A stretch of 20,000 nucleotides of DNA. Origin: Pseudomonadota bacterium (GTDB lineage Bacteria > Desulfobacterota > Desulfobacteria > Desulfobacterales > JBDRRP01). Below, piece by piece: positions 1 through 9,697 of this stretch. Both the position numbers and the translations under genes were made by a program. Positions within the stretch are counted from its first letter, which is position 1, and every line of letters starts with the position of its first letter. Below the pieces are notes generated by a model. The model saw only the letters and a program-made list of their open reading frames with translations. It ran no database searches and had not been told where the DNA came from. The stretch covers positions 50,693 to 70,692 of the forward strand of contig JBDRRP010000045.1 in assembly GCA_043825735.1 (NCBI GenBank). The letters run 5' to 3'.

Positions 1-38
1 AGGGGATAGTCGTTTAAGATATCGGCAATCGGATTCAT
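1..38 (-). CDS. 5' end of a gene leaving the window (MNPIADILNDYP...), possibly homocysteine S-methyltransferase-like
   Basis: ATG at 38 reading off the left edge, divergent from hrpB. The 12 codons resemble, from memory, MmuM/YbgG N-termini (MNPIxxILxxYP). Too short to be sure. Confidence 0.3.
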   Translation of the reverse strand, partial: MNPIADILNDYP

Positions 39-194
39 GATGGCTTTCGCAAGGGTTGGATTTAAAGGTGAAAATATCATAAAAGAAAAACAGGCGCTCT
101 GTCGAGGAAGACATGCGGTGGTGGCGAAAGCCGCATTGAATACCGGCTTTCTTCGTATCCTCTGTGATCTCTGTGGTGAAATATCCGTGCGCTT

Positions 195-2705
195 ATGACT
201 AATACCATTCCTCCGCTGCCGGTCATGGATGCGGTCGGCGACGTGCGCCGGGCGCTCGCCGAGCGCGGCCGCGCCGTGCTCCAGGCCCCGCCGGGCGCCG
301 GGAAAACCACGGGCATCCCTCCGGCCCTGCTGGACGAGCCCTGGCTGGCCGGGCGGCGGATCATCGTACTGGCCCCCCGGCGCCTGGCCGCACGGGCCGC
401 CGCCGCACGCATGGCCCACATGATGGGAGAATCCGTGGGTGCCACCGTGGGCTACCGCGTGCGCATGGACACGAAGGTCAGCGCCGCCACTCGCATCGAA
501 GTGGTCACCGAGGGCGTTCTCACCCGGCGGCTCCAGCACGATCCGGCTCTGGAAGGCGTGGGCCTGGTGGTCTTCGACGAGTTCCACGAGCGCAGCCTCG
601 ACGCGGACCTGGGCCTTGCCTTGTGCCTGGACATCCAGGGGGTGCTCAACGCCGATTTGCGCCTGCTGGTCATGTCGGCCACGCTGGAAACCGCGCCGGT
701 GGCCGCGCTCCTTGGCGAAGCACCGGTGATCTCCTGCCCGGGAAAGGCCTATCCCGTGGAAACCCGCTTCGTGGGCCGGCACACCCCGGATCCGGCCATG
801 GCCGGAATCACCGAGGTCATCCTAACCGCCGCTCGGGAAGAAGACGGCAGCCTCCTGGTGTTTCTCCCCGGCGCCGGCGAGATCCGCCGGGTGGCAGCGC
901 TGCTTGACGTGGCCCGCCTGGGCAGCGAATGGATCATTGCCCCGCTCTACGGCAACCTTACCAGAACCCAGCAGGATCTGGCCATCTCACCCGCACCCCC
1001 GGACCGCCGTAAGATCGTACTGGCCACGTCCATCGCCGAAACCAGCCTCACCATCGAGGGCATCCGTGTGGTGGTGGACAGCGGGCTGCAGCGCACTGCC
1101 CGGTTCGATCCGGGCACCGGACTCACCCGGCTGGTCACCATTCCGGTGTCCAGAGCCGCAGCGGATCAGCGCCGGGGCCGGGCCGGCCGGACCGCCCCCG
1201 GAATTTGCCTGCGCCTGTGGTCCGAGAGCATGCACCACGCGCTGCCCAGCGCCCACCGGCCCGAAATCCTGGAGGCCGATCTCGCCGGCCTGGCCCTGGA
1301 GCTGGCCCTTTGGGGGGTGGCCGACCCGACGCGGCTCAAGTGGTTGGATCCGCCCCCGCAGCCGGCCACTGCCGCGGCCACCGAACTGCTCCGGTCCCTG
1401 GGCGCACTGGATGACAGCGGCGCGATTACCGCTCACGGCCGAAAGATGGCGGCCCTGCCCGCCCACCCGCGGCTGGCCCACATGATGGTGGCCGCAGACG
1501 CGGAGGGCGCTGCGGCCGCCGCCTGCCACCTGGCCGCCCTTCTTGGTGAGCGGGACGTAGTGCGCTGGGATCGCGGTCAGGCAGATGTGGATATGGCTGT
1601 CCGCTTGAGCCTGGTGACGGCTGCCGAAATCAGGGGATTTTCGGGCGGCACCGTCGATCCGTCTGCACTGAAGCGGGTCCGGCAGGTGGCCGCTCAGTTT
1701 CGCCATCACCTGAAAAGCCGGGAAGACAGGAAACCGGCCGCCGCCATCGGCCGGCTGCTGGCATGGGCCTATCCGGACCGCATCGCCCAGGCCCGCCCGG
1801 GCCAGCGGGGACGATATCTGCTCTCCAGCGGCCGGGGCGCGTTTTTGTACCCCGACGACCCCATGGCCGCCGAACCGTACCTGGTGGCGGTGGAACTGGA
1901 CGGGGACCGTAATGAGACGCGCATCTTCCGGGCGGCCGCCTACCCCAAGGAAACATTGCAGGCGCAATTTGCCAGCGCGATCCGCTGGAAGACCACCGTC
2001 GCCTGGGACGCCGACCGGCAGGCGGTGTCCGCCCGAAGGCAGGCCTTTCTGGGCGCCCTGTCGCTCCAGAGTGAATCCTTGGCCGATCCCGACCCGGCGC
2101 TCGTGTCGGCCGCGCTGATGGAAGGCATCCGCCGCGCCGGCATCGACTGCCTGCCATGGACCAAACGGCTGCGGGCCTGGCAGCGCCGGGTGATGTTTAT
2201 GCATCGCAGCGCTCCGGAAGACTGGCCGGACCTTTCCGACGATCATCTCACGGCATCCCTGGAATCCTGGCTGGGTCCGGTTGCCGCCGGCATGGTCCGG
2301 CTCAAGGAGCTGGCCCGGGTGGACCTGACCGGGGCATTGACATCCCTGGTGCCCCGTCACCTGCAGCGGCGCCTGGACGATCTTGTCCCCACCCACTTTG
2401 TGGTTCCCAGCGGCTCACGCATCCCGATCGACTACGCGGGAGAAGCGCCGGTGCTGGCCGTGCGCCTCCAGGAGATGTTCGGCCTCACCGACACCCCCAC
2501 CGTGGCCGGCGGCCGGGTGCCGATCGTGATTCATCTTCTCTCCCCCGCGAGCCGGCCGGTTCAGATCACCCGGGACCTGGCCAGTTTCTGGCGCACCGGC
2601 TACCCGGAAGTGAAAAAGGACCTGAAAGGCCGCTACCCCAAGCATCATTGGCCGGACGACCCCCTGACGGCCATGCCGACGGCCCGGGTCAAGCCTCGGG
2701 GGTAG
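195..2705 (+). CDS. hrpB: ATP-dependent RNA helicase HrpB
   Basis: 836 aa. Walker A APPGAGKTT, DEFHERS, MSAT, LATSIAETSLTIEG, QRRGRAGR, and HrpB C-terminus LLSPASRPVQIT...KGRYPKHHWPDDP. Confidence 0.96.
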   Translation: MTNTIPPLPVMDAVGDVRRALAERGRAVLQAPPGAGKTTGIPPALLDEPWLAGRRIIVLAPRRLAARAAAARMAHMMGESVGATVGYRVRMDTKVSAATRIEVVTEGVLTRRLQHDPALEGVGLVVFDEFHERSLDADLGLALCLDIQGVLNADLRLLVMSATLETAPVAALLGEAPVISCPGKAYPVETRFVGRHTPDPAMAGITEVILTAAREEDGSLLVFLPGAGEIRRVAALLDVARLGSEWIIAPLYGNLTRTQQDLAISPAPPDRRKIVLATSIAETSLTIEGIRVVVDSGLQRTARFDPGTGLTRLVTIPVSRAAADQRRGRAGRTAPGICLRLWSESMHHALPSAHRPEILEADLAGLALELALWGVADPTRLKWLDPPPQPATAAATELLRSLGALDDSGAITAHGRKMAALPAHPRLAHMMVAADAEGAAAAACHLAALLGERDVVRWDRGQADVDMAVRLSLVTAAEIRGFSGGTVDPSALKRVRQVAAQFRHHLKSREDRKPAAAIGRLLAWAYPDRIAQARPGQRGRYLLSSGRGAFLYPDDPMAAEPYLVAVELDGDRNETRIFRAAAYPKETLQAQFASAIRWKTTVAWDADRQAVSARRQAFLGALSLQSESLADPDPALVSAALMEGIRRAGIDCLPWTKRLRAWQRRVMFMHRSAPEDWPDLSDDHLTASLESWLGPVAAGMVRLKELARVDLTGALTSLVPRHLQRRLDDLVPTHFVVPSGSRIPIDYAGEAPVLAVRLQEMFGLTDTPTVAGGRVPIVIHLLSPASRPVQITRDLASFWRTGYPEVKKDLKGRYPKHHWPDDPLTAMPTARVKPRG

Positions 2706-2904
2706 AAAACCGAATTGCGCCTTAACGGCTTAAAAGCGGCAGGGATTCAGGGATTGCGAATTGGCGGCCTTCGGCCGGAGGGCATATCCCCCGGTTTTCT
2801 CTGCGTCTCGGCGTCTCAGCGCGAGAATGGCTTTTTTGCTGGCGGATAAGTTGTGCGGATGAAAGGGTGGCCTCATCCTGGAAGATGCCGTTGATGGATG
2901 GGCA

Positions 2905-3753
2905 CTATTTAGCGTTCAACGGGCGCACAGCCACGATCCACGGCTCCAGCCGGCTGCCGTAGGCCAATGTCACCTCGTAACGCGACGCGTCCGGATTTTC
3001 CCGCCGAGAAGTGTTTCCGCCCGCAATGGTCTCGAATGTCTTGCGAAAATCCAGCGGCACGAAAATATTTCCCACACTGAGCCTTGAGATATGCCCGAGC
3101 AAGGTCTTTCTGGCTTTGTCATAGGAGTAATCGGGTTCCACCAGGCCCCTGACAATAACGAACCGCGTCCGGTCTTCATATTTCTCGCGCAGAATCTGCG
3201 GGTTCAGCCCGGCATCGATCGCAAACAGCCGTGACTCACTCTCCCGTTCTTTCTTCAACCGATTTTCAGCTCTTTCGAACTGGTCGGCGACGGCCTTGTC
3301 ACCATCTTTCTGTTTCAATAGATCCGCGACGCTTTCAAATGACTTTTCCGCTCTTTCAACAGCTTCACGGTATGAGGCGCCGTCGTATTCGAGCACGATG
3401 AACACTTCCTTTGAAATGGGTCGTTTGCGGGATGCCGCGCGCGTCTTCGCATCGATAGCGAATCCCAATGCCGTCAATTTTTCGGAATCGAGCCATAAGG
3501 GTGACGTCCATCCGGAATATCTGTTGTAATCTTCCTCCATGCCCAGGACCCGCCAATTAAGACGCAGTGACAGGCCGCTGTTTTCTTTTTTAAGCCGGTA
3601 TGGCAGCGGCAACTCCCTTTCGGTGAGCGTGATCTGCGATTCGGGCTCACCCGATCGATTCGAAGCCACCCCGGTGAGGACGATGATGTTGGTCGCTGCG
3701 AGGATGATAACCCCCAGCAAAAACAGCCCGCGGGAAGATGAGAGCCATGTCAT
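2905..3753 (-). CDS. DUF4824-like membrane-anchored protein
   Basis: True start is probably ATG 3753 (MTWLSS): AGGAGG RBS at 3761-3766 and ATGA overlap with the upstream stop. N-terminal TM helix, NRSGEPES..LTEREL, ENSGLSLRLNWR, C-terminal YGSRLEPWI. Confidence 0.75.
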   Translation of the reverse strand: MTWLSSSRGLFLLGVIILAATNIIVLTGVASNRSGEPESQITLTERELPLPYRLKKENSGLSLRLNWRVLGMEEDYNRYSGWTSPLWLDSEKLTALGFAIDAKTRAASRKRPISKEVFIVLEYDGASYREAVERAEKSFESVADLLKQKDGDKAVADQFERAENRLKKERESESRLFAIDAGLNPQILREKYEDRTRFVIVRGLVEPDYSYDKARKTLLGHISRLSVGNIFVPLDFRKTFETIAGGNTSRRENPDASRYEVTLAYGSRLEPWIVAVRPLNAK

Positions 3754-4826
3754 GCGCACACCTCCTTTACTTTCCCGGTCAATGAGCTGCGGAGCCGTTT
3801 GAATACCAGCAATATCAATATCGCCGTGAGGCCGACGATCAGAAAGAAAAGATATTTTGGCATCCAGTCCCACCACCAGTCGTAAAATTTCGTATACAGA
3901 AAAATCGTGAAAAAGACGTTGCCGGTATTGACCACCTCCGGCCAGCCCTTCCGTATGCCAAGCCAGATGGCCCCGGCACTGAAAACAAAGCCCGCGCTCT
4001 GATAGACATTCTCCACAGACGCGTTGCTCCAGTGAAGATAACTGCCCATGCCCCAGTTGGATAAAATCAGTACCGGTATAAAAAACAACAGCATCGCAAA
4101 AACGCGATAAATGACGGCGAACCCGGAAAACCTGTGGTGAGGGATCACCGGTACGAAAAACAATATCAGTGCCGCCGGAAAGAAATTTTCAGGCCGCTCC
4201 CCGAAACTGATCCAGTAGCACCCGCTCCATGTCCCGGTCTTGGCCGACAGAAAGCAGGCAAAACTGATAATGCCCGCGGCCAGGAGCAGGCGTGCATCAA
4301 TGCCGTAGGCAAGGATGAATGCAAAAACGGCCCACACCAGAAACGCGTTCGGGGACGGGGTGATGTTAAAGATCTGGCCCAGCATCGAGAGGTTCAGCAC
4401 AAAGCAGGCAATGCTCACCATGCCCATCAGTTTGGAGAAATAACCTGTTTTTTCGCGGCGGGAGACGACCATGGTACCGGCAAGCGCGATAACAGGGGCG
4501 GCGATGAGAATGAAGACCTGAACGGTCGTCGAGAACCTTCCCCAAAATTGATAGAAGAGAAAAAACACGCTCGCCGCCAGTGCGACCGCGCCCAGAAAGG
4601 AAGCGATTTTCATCCCCAGGCTGAGTTGTTTTTCACCCTTGCTTGAATCGACATCAAAGGCTGACGACAGATGCGCAATCAAATCCTTATGGTAGTCAAA
4701 GATGGCAGAATGCTGGTTTTCACTGAGGGATACGATGTTTTCCTGTGCGATGATCTCCAACTCGGCACGGAAACTTCCGATCTGGTCAACTCTTCGCTGA
4801 GCATCGGCTTTCGATGTGACCGGCAT
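3750..4826 (-). CDS. DUF2157-like polytopic membrane protein
   Basis: 358 aa with many TM segments, motifs LGQIFNI and FYDWWWDWMPKYLFFL. Translationally coupled to the downstream gene. Confidence 0.75.
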   Translation of the reverse strand: MPVTSKADAQRRVDQIGSFRAELEIIAQENIVSLSENQHSAIFDYHKDLIAHLSSAFDVDSSKGEKQLSLGMKIASFLGAVALAASVFFLFYQFWGRFSTTVQVFILIAAPVIALAGTMVVSRREKTGYFSKLMGMVSIACFVLNLSMLGQIFNITPSPNAFLVWAVFAFILAYGIDARLLLAAGIISFACFLSAKTGTWSGCYWISFGERPENFFPAALILFFVPVIPHHRFSGFAVIYRVFAMLLFFIPVLILSNWGMGSYLHWSNASVENVYQSAGFVFSAGAIWLGIRKGWPEVVNTGNVFFTIFLYTKFYDWWWDWMPKYLFFLIVGLTAILILLVFKRLRSSLTGKVKEVCA

Positions 4827-4853
4827 TGATCCACCCTTCCGAAATTGATTTTA

Positions 4854-5642
4854 TCATGAAATATTCATCTGCCGCAGCCACGCGATGATTCGGTCGGCGA
4901 CCTTCTGCCAGTGTCCCTCCAGCATCATATCGTGGGCCATCCCGGGGAAGATTTCCGCCGTCGTGCCATAAGCTTCGGCGGTGGCCACCACTTCGTCCGG
5001 GGTGAAAATGGTGTCGCCCGCCGCCCCCAGTACCAATACGTCGGTGTTGACGTTATACGGTTTCGGCAAACTGAACAGCATGTCCAGAAAGGCAAAATAG
5101 GATTCATCCTGCATGTGGTGGAAATATCCCTCGAGTTTTTCGGGTGAGATGTCGCTGGAGAAAAACGCTTCGCGGGTCAGCGCGGGGCTGCCGATGATGG
5201 GATAAAGGCTCAGCAGCAGGTTCGCCTTGATGAACGCCAGCGGATGGCGCCCTGCGATGCGCAGCGTCGTTCCGAGGGCGCCCCCCACGGGCACCGATGC
5301 CAGCAGTACGGCCGCCGGGGCGTCGTTTTTTTCCAGGTATTTCTGGACCACCAGGCCGCCCATGGAGTGCCCGACCAGCACGGGCGCGGCGGATAGCTGC
5401 GCAAACACCTGGTCGACATCGCTCACGTAGTCGTCGATCCGTGTCGTAAACAACCGGGCCGGACGCTCACTGCTTCCGTGGCCACGAAGGCTCAGTGCGT
5501 GGGCAGCATATCCGCGCCCTGCGAAATACGGCAGAAAGTACTCTTCCCAGCACCAGGCGCCGTGCCAGGCACCGTGAACGAACAGCACGGGGGTGTCATG
5601 CGTGGCGCGCTCTGGGGTGTGCGTGATGACGTCGAGATTCAT
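4854..5642 (-). CDS. alpha/beta fold hydrolase
   Basis: HGAWHGAWCW oxyanion motif, GHSMGG nucleophile elbow, Asp (GDTIF) and His (AHDMML) triad residues. Confidence 0.92.
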   Translation of the reverse strand: MNLDVITHTPERATHDTPVLFVHGAWHGAWCWEEYFLPYFAGRGYAAHALSLRGHGSSERPARLFTTRIDDYVSDVDQVFAQLSAAPVLVGHSMGGLVVQKYLEKNDAPAAVLLASVPVGGALGTTLRIAGRHPLAFIKANLLLSLYPIIGSPALTREAFFSSDISPEKLEGYFHHMQDESYFAFLDMLFSLPKPYNVNTDVLVLGAAGDTIFTPDEVVATAEAYGTTAEIFPGMAHDMMLEGHWQKVADRIIAWLRQMNIS

Positions 5643-5756
5643 TAGAAGAGTCCTTCCTGAGAGGTATGGAGAAGCGGCGGAAACGGCTCACTCGTTACCA
5701 GTTCTTTGTCTGCCCGCGCCAACGGCTGATGGTAATAAATCCGTATCCCGAGGTCT

Positions 5757-7502
5757 TCACTTGTAGCTGGCCAGCACTTCGAGAATGCCGCGTCCCACGG
5801 CGGCGCACTCGGCCTCGGAGATGTTGGCCAGGGCCACCCGAAGGGACCAGTCCGGACCGGCGAACCCCTTGCCGGGCAGGCAGACAATGGCCTGCGCTCT
5901 GGCCAGACGGAACACGAAATCCATCGGCTCGCCCTGCATCATCTTTTCGGCAAAGTCCTTGCCGTGCTTGGCCTCGGCCAGACGTCCCAGATCGATGAGC
6001 GCGTAGTATCGGGTGAGGTTGTCGCCGGCGGGCGCCGCCATCCCCAGCGCGTCGAACAATGCGGCCCAGCGCTTTTTGAGGATGCCCATGATGGACGCCT
6101 TGTAGACATAGCGCCCGTCGAGCAGCTCGAAGAGGGCAAACAGGCACATGGCGGCCTGCTGGGGTCCGGAGAGGCCGCCGGTGTGTGCCAGAGCCACCTG
6201 CCGCGAATCCATCTCGAGCCGCTCATAAAACGGTATGGTCTTCGGGTCGGTGGAAGTCAGGCGGTAGCGCAGGTCCAGCCGGGCCTGGTCGCGTGTGGGC
6301 AGGCGGGCGATGATCCGGTCCACCACGCAGTTTTCGTGGACCATGACGGCCCCGAGTCGCCACCCGGTGACGCCGAAATACTTGGAAAAGGAGTACACTC
6401 CCAGGATGTTCTCCGGCAGGTACTGGCCGAATGTGGTGAAAGTGTCCACGAAGCTGGCGTAAACTGTGTCGGAGATGATGACCATGTCCGGGTTGTACTT
6501 GCGGATCGTGTCGGACATGCGCTTGACCGTGTCCGCGTTGAGGGAGACCGAAGTGGGGTTGGTGGGGTTGACCATATAAAGCGCTTTCACCTGCTTGTCC
6601 CTGAGCTTGGCCACCTCGGTGTCGGGGATCTGCCAACCCATCGCCTCGTCGCCCCGGATGTAGACAGTCTTCAGTCCGTAGTCGGCCAGTAATGGCAGCT
6701 CCAGATAGGGCGAAAAAATGGGCGTGACGATGGCCACTGTATCGCCGGGCCTGAGGACCATATTCTCTCGCAGTGAATTGAAGATATAGATCATTGCCGC
6801 GGTGGCGCCCTCGGTGGCGAAAAGATGGAATTTGCCCTTGGGCGGCTTTCCAGAAAAAACCACCCGGTCCAGGTACCGGCTTACGACGGCCTCGGTGACC
6901 GGAAAGATCCGCGGCGGGTCAGGGTAGAAGTCGCCCTGGATGCCGTCGGTGAGTTGGAAGACCACGTCGTCGGGGGCCATCCCGAGCCGGGTCCTGGCAT
7001 AATTCATGGCCTCGCGCAAATACACCCCGCCGTGTGCGCCGACCTGTCTGATCATGAACGCATCGAATTTGTCCGACAGTCCCTTGGCGTCGAGCCGATA
7101 GCCCACGTCGTCGATTTCTGAACCGGCGCCGGCCTGCTCCGCGGCAAACAGGGTGAGCTGAGCCAGCGCCGCTCTGGCGGTGGTGTTGAGAAAATTGGGG
7201 TTGCCGCGCCCGGCGTTGATCCATTGGCCGCCCGATCCCTTGGCGGCGGCCTTTTTGGCGTCATCGATGAGCAGGTTCTTGATTTCGAAAGGGCTTTCCT
7301 TGCGCAGATCCGCCCAGTCCGGCGCTGCCGGTGCACCCGCTGCGGCCACCTGGGCCGGGCTGAGCCCCATGAGTGCCCCTGCCGCTGAGATGGACACCCC
7401 CATCGTTGCAGCATACCGGAAAAAATCACGCCGGCTGATGCGTCCGGCGCTTGCCTCGTCTGCCAATTCGACGACATAAGGGTGGGGGGTGCTGTCTGGC
7501 AT
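5757..7502 (-). CDS. PLP-dependent aspartate 4-decarboxylase/aminotransferase (AsdA/AspD family) with Tat signal peptide
   Basis: Start ATG 7502 with AGGAGG RBS at 7507-7512. Motifs SPFEIKN, NAGRGNPNF, ATEGATAAM, VNPTNP, DTVY, SFSKYFGVTGWRLG (PLP Lys), DSRQVALAHTGGLSGPQQ. N-terminal SRRDFF plus hydrophobic stretch and AxA. Confidence 0.9.
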   Translation of the reverse strand: MPDSTPHPYVVELADEASAGRISRRDFFRYAATMGVSISAAGALMGLSPAQVAAAGAPAAPDWADLRKESPFEIKNLLIDDAKKAAAKGSGGQWINAGRGNPNFLNTTARAALAQLTLFAAEQAGAGSEIDDVGYRLDAKGLSDKFDAFMIRQVGAHGGVYLREAMNYARTRLGMAPDDVVFQLTDGIQGDFYPDPPRIFPVTEAVVSRYLDRVVFSGKPPKGKFHLFATEGATAAMIYIFNSLRENMVLRPGDTVAIVTPIFSPYLELPLLADYGLKTVYIRGDEAMGWQIPDTEVAKLRDKQVKALYMVNPTNPTSVSLNADTVKRMSDTIRKYNPDMVIISDTVYASFVDTFTTFGQYLPENILGVYSFSKYFGVTGWRLGAVMVHENCVVDRIIARLPTRDQARLDLRYRLTSTDPKTIPFYERLEMDSRQVALAHTGGLSGPQQAAMCLFALFELLDGRYVYKASIMGILKKRWAALFDALGMAAPAGDNLTRYYALIDLGRLAEAKHGKDFAEKMMQGEPMDFVFRLARAQAIVCLPGKGFAGPDWSLRVALANISEAECAAVGRGILEVLASYK

Positions 7503-7749
7503 GACGCCTCCTTTTGGGTTCAGTGTTATCGGAGCGCCCCACGAGCGGGGAGGGCTGGGGCAAAGTGGGTGCGGACACCATAACACGAATGCGGTGTGAC
7601 GAAAATGTTAGCTGCCGATGGCGGCTGACAGTAGCGGCAGGCTGTCGCACTCTTGACCAGAATAAAACCCGCCCTATTCTTGTACACGTTGCAGCCGCGC
7701 GTCGGTGTCTGTGCAAAATGATCCAGGTACCGAACAATGGAGGGGGATC

Positions 7750-8454
7750 ATGCATAAAGACCGGAAGATCTCCAGGCGCACCTTCCTTGCCGCAGCCGGC
7801 GGCACCATCGTGAGCATCGGTTTGCCCGGCGTTTTCATAAAATGCTCGGACGCGGATCAGCGCGCTCTGGCAGCCGACACCAGACCCGACGGCAGGCGCC
7901 GCCTTCCACCCGGTCAGCAGGCGGTCGAAAGGATCCCGAATATGGGCGGCACGCCTGGAACCGCTACTGCTGCAAACTGGCGCCTGCGTGTCCATGGGGA
8001 GGTGGAAAGACCGCTCGTTCTTTCCTACCGAGAGCTGCTCGCCCTGGACCAGGTGAATATCATCTGCGATATTCACTGTGTCACGGGCTGGACGCTTCTG
8101 GATTCCAACTGGCGCGGCGTTCGCCTGGCAACGATCCTGGATATCGTCAGGCCCCGCAGAAGCGGCGGTTTTGTCATTTTTGAGGCGGCCGGAGGTTACA
8201 CCAGCAACGTTCCCATCAGTGAGGCCCGAAAGGAAAACGTGATTCTTGCGCACAGTTTCTTTGGTGAGAAACTGCCGCAGGCGCACGGCGCTCCGGTGCG
8301 TGCCCTGGTCCCTGATCGCTATTTCTACAAGAGCGCCAAGTGGATAGAGGCGGTCAAAGTCACCGTTGTCGATGAGCCCGGGTTTTGGGAAAGCCGGGGT
8401 TTCAGCAACGCCGCCGATCCATGGAAGGAAGAACGTTTTCAAAAGAAGCAGTGA
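7750..8454 (+). CDS. molybdopterin-dependent oxidoreductase (sulfite oxidase/MsrP-YuiH-like) with Tat signal
   Basis: Start ATG 7750 after GGAGGGG. SRRTFL twin-arginine motif, LPPGQ, CDIHCVTGW (Mo-ligating Cys), HGAPVR, YKSAKW, GFWESRGF. Confidence 0.88.
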   Translation: MHKDRKISRRTFLAAAGGTIVSIGLPGVFIKCSDADQRALAADTRPDGRRRLPPGQQAVERIPNMGGTPGTATAANWRLRVHGEVERPLVLSYRELLALDQVNIICDIHCVTGWTLLDSNWRGVRLATILDIVRPRRSGGFVIFEAAGGYTSNVPISEARKENVILAHSFFGEKLPQAHGAPVRALVPDRYFYKSAKWIEAVKVTVVDEPGFWESRGFSNAADPWKEERFQKKQ

Positions 8455-8506
8455 GGCAGATGGCTGACGGCTTTAATTGTATCAATATTGACATAACAAA
8501 TATTGA

Positions 8507-8764
8507 ATGATAGCCAAAGAATGCTATGGCTGCCGCCGGCATGAGGAAACGCTCATCGAGCAATTATCTGAAAGCCAAAAATTGAAGCGCACCGCATCCG
8601 AAAAAGACATAAAAACCGTTCAGGATTTTCAACGGAAAATTCGCTTCGAAATCTGGGGAGAAGAGGTGATCCAAAAGCAGGTGAAAGCCAGCGCCAATAG
8701 CGGCCGCGTGTATCTGCCGCCCGGGTGGGTCGGCCATAAAGTGAAAATTGTCCGAATGGACTAG
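8507..8764 (+). CDS. small DUF2080-like protein
   Basis: C-terminal FEIWGEEVIQKQVKASANSGRVYLPPGWVGHKVKIVRMD resembles DUF2080-family proteins. Start uncertain. Confidence 0.65.
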   Translation: MIAKECYGCRRHEETLIEQLSESQKLKRTASEKDIKTVQDFQRKIRFEIWGEEVIQKQVKASANSGRVYLPPGWVGHKVKIVRMD

Positions 8765-8810
8765 TACTGTTAAAGCAGCATATCGATTCATGGGGTGCCG
8801 TTTTTTCTTT

Positions 8811-9110
8811 TTAGTTGAGCACGCGTGTGCCGAAGACTTCGAATCGCGAGGCGGGGTGGCGTTTGGCCAGTGATGAAGCGGCCCACTGGGTTTTCAGGCG
8901 ATCGAGAAAGGATGACGGGTCCGCCAAATCCTGGCCGCAGGCCCGGCAAAATGCCGGATAGTCCATGGGCCGCACCTGAAGCAGGTTGGATGCCCTGCCG
9001 TAAAGCGGCGCCGAACGGTTGAAAAACAAATCGTTCATCATTCGGGTGCTGGATCCGGCCAGAATCAAGAGTGCCCCCGACGGCATCGAATGATCCAGCC
9101 ATTTTTGCAG
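8811..9110 (-). pseudogene. internally deleted remnant of the ATPase/DUF234 gene
   Basis: Translates to two pieces of the 14074-15342 protein (LQKWLDHSMPSG...DPSSF joined to LDRLKTQWAAS...TRVLN). Walker A and Walker B are missing. Confidence 0.88.
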
Positions 9111-9138
9111 ACGGGCACTTTGACTGTTGTTATTCATG

Positions 9139-9548
9139 TGCACGAAGGGCGTGGCAAAAGCATCTGCCGCTCAGGCCGCGTGGATCGACTCGCCGGTGTC
9201 AATGCCGACCCGGTGGGGCGTCTTTTCAACGGTGACCGGGTAGGCCCAGGTCACCGCCCCGGTGGGGTTTCGAAACAAAAAGGTCATGTGCCGCTGCAAG
9301 TCGTCGAGAATGGCGATCACGGTTTCCCGCGGCAGGTCAAGGGCGCCGGCGACATCGTCCGGCGTTACGGGCCGGCCGTAGCGCGGCAGTTCGCGCACCA
9401 CGAAATGGTGGACCCGGCGATGGCCGGCCGTCATAAACCGCAAATTGCGCCCGATTTTCAGTTTGCCTTTTTCGCTCTGTTTTTCCCAAAGTATCGGCGG
9501 CACACCGATCATGGACTTCCACAGCTCCGCCATCAGCTTGTTGGACAT
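9139..9548 (-). pseudogene. truncated paralog of the MerB-like selenoprotein
   Basis: 125 aa closely similar to 15820-16197, same UGA at 9171-9173 followed by AADAFATPFV. A deletion then removes the SECIS 3' arm and the C-terminal half. Confidence 0.85.
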
Positions 9549-9666
9549 TTCTCATCCTCCTTTCCAAGGTCAAATCGGTTTCCGGCGAAATGGCAATTAC
9601 TTTTATGCTAATACAGAAAGCGCCAGTTGGTCTTTTCCCAAAGTGATGTTGAACCACGGAGCCATC

Positions 9667-9697
9667 GGGATAGGGTGTGAACCTGTACACGGGTCAA
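9667..9697 (-). promoter_or_regulatory. copy of 19-bp-spacer promoter (TTGACC-N19-TATCCC)
   Basis: Conserved island shared with 16336-16366 while the neighbouring leader sequence has diverged. Confidence 0.55.

Noticed and set aside
987..2396. 469-aa antisense ORF inside hrpB, and similar long shadow ORFs (7426-8442, 5964-6692, 19416-19847)
   Set aside because: Opposite-strand shadows of well-supported genes in GC-rich DNA, with no recognisable motifs.
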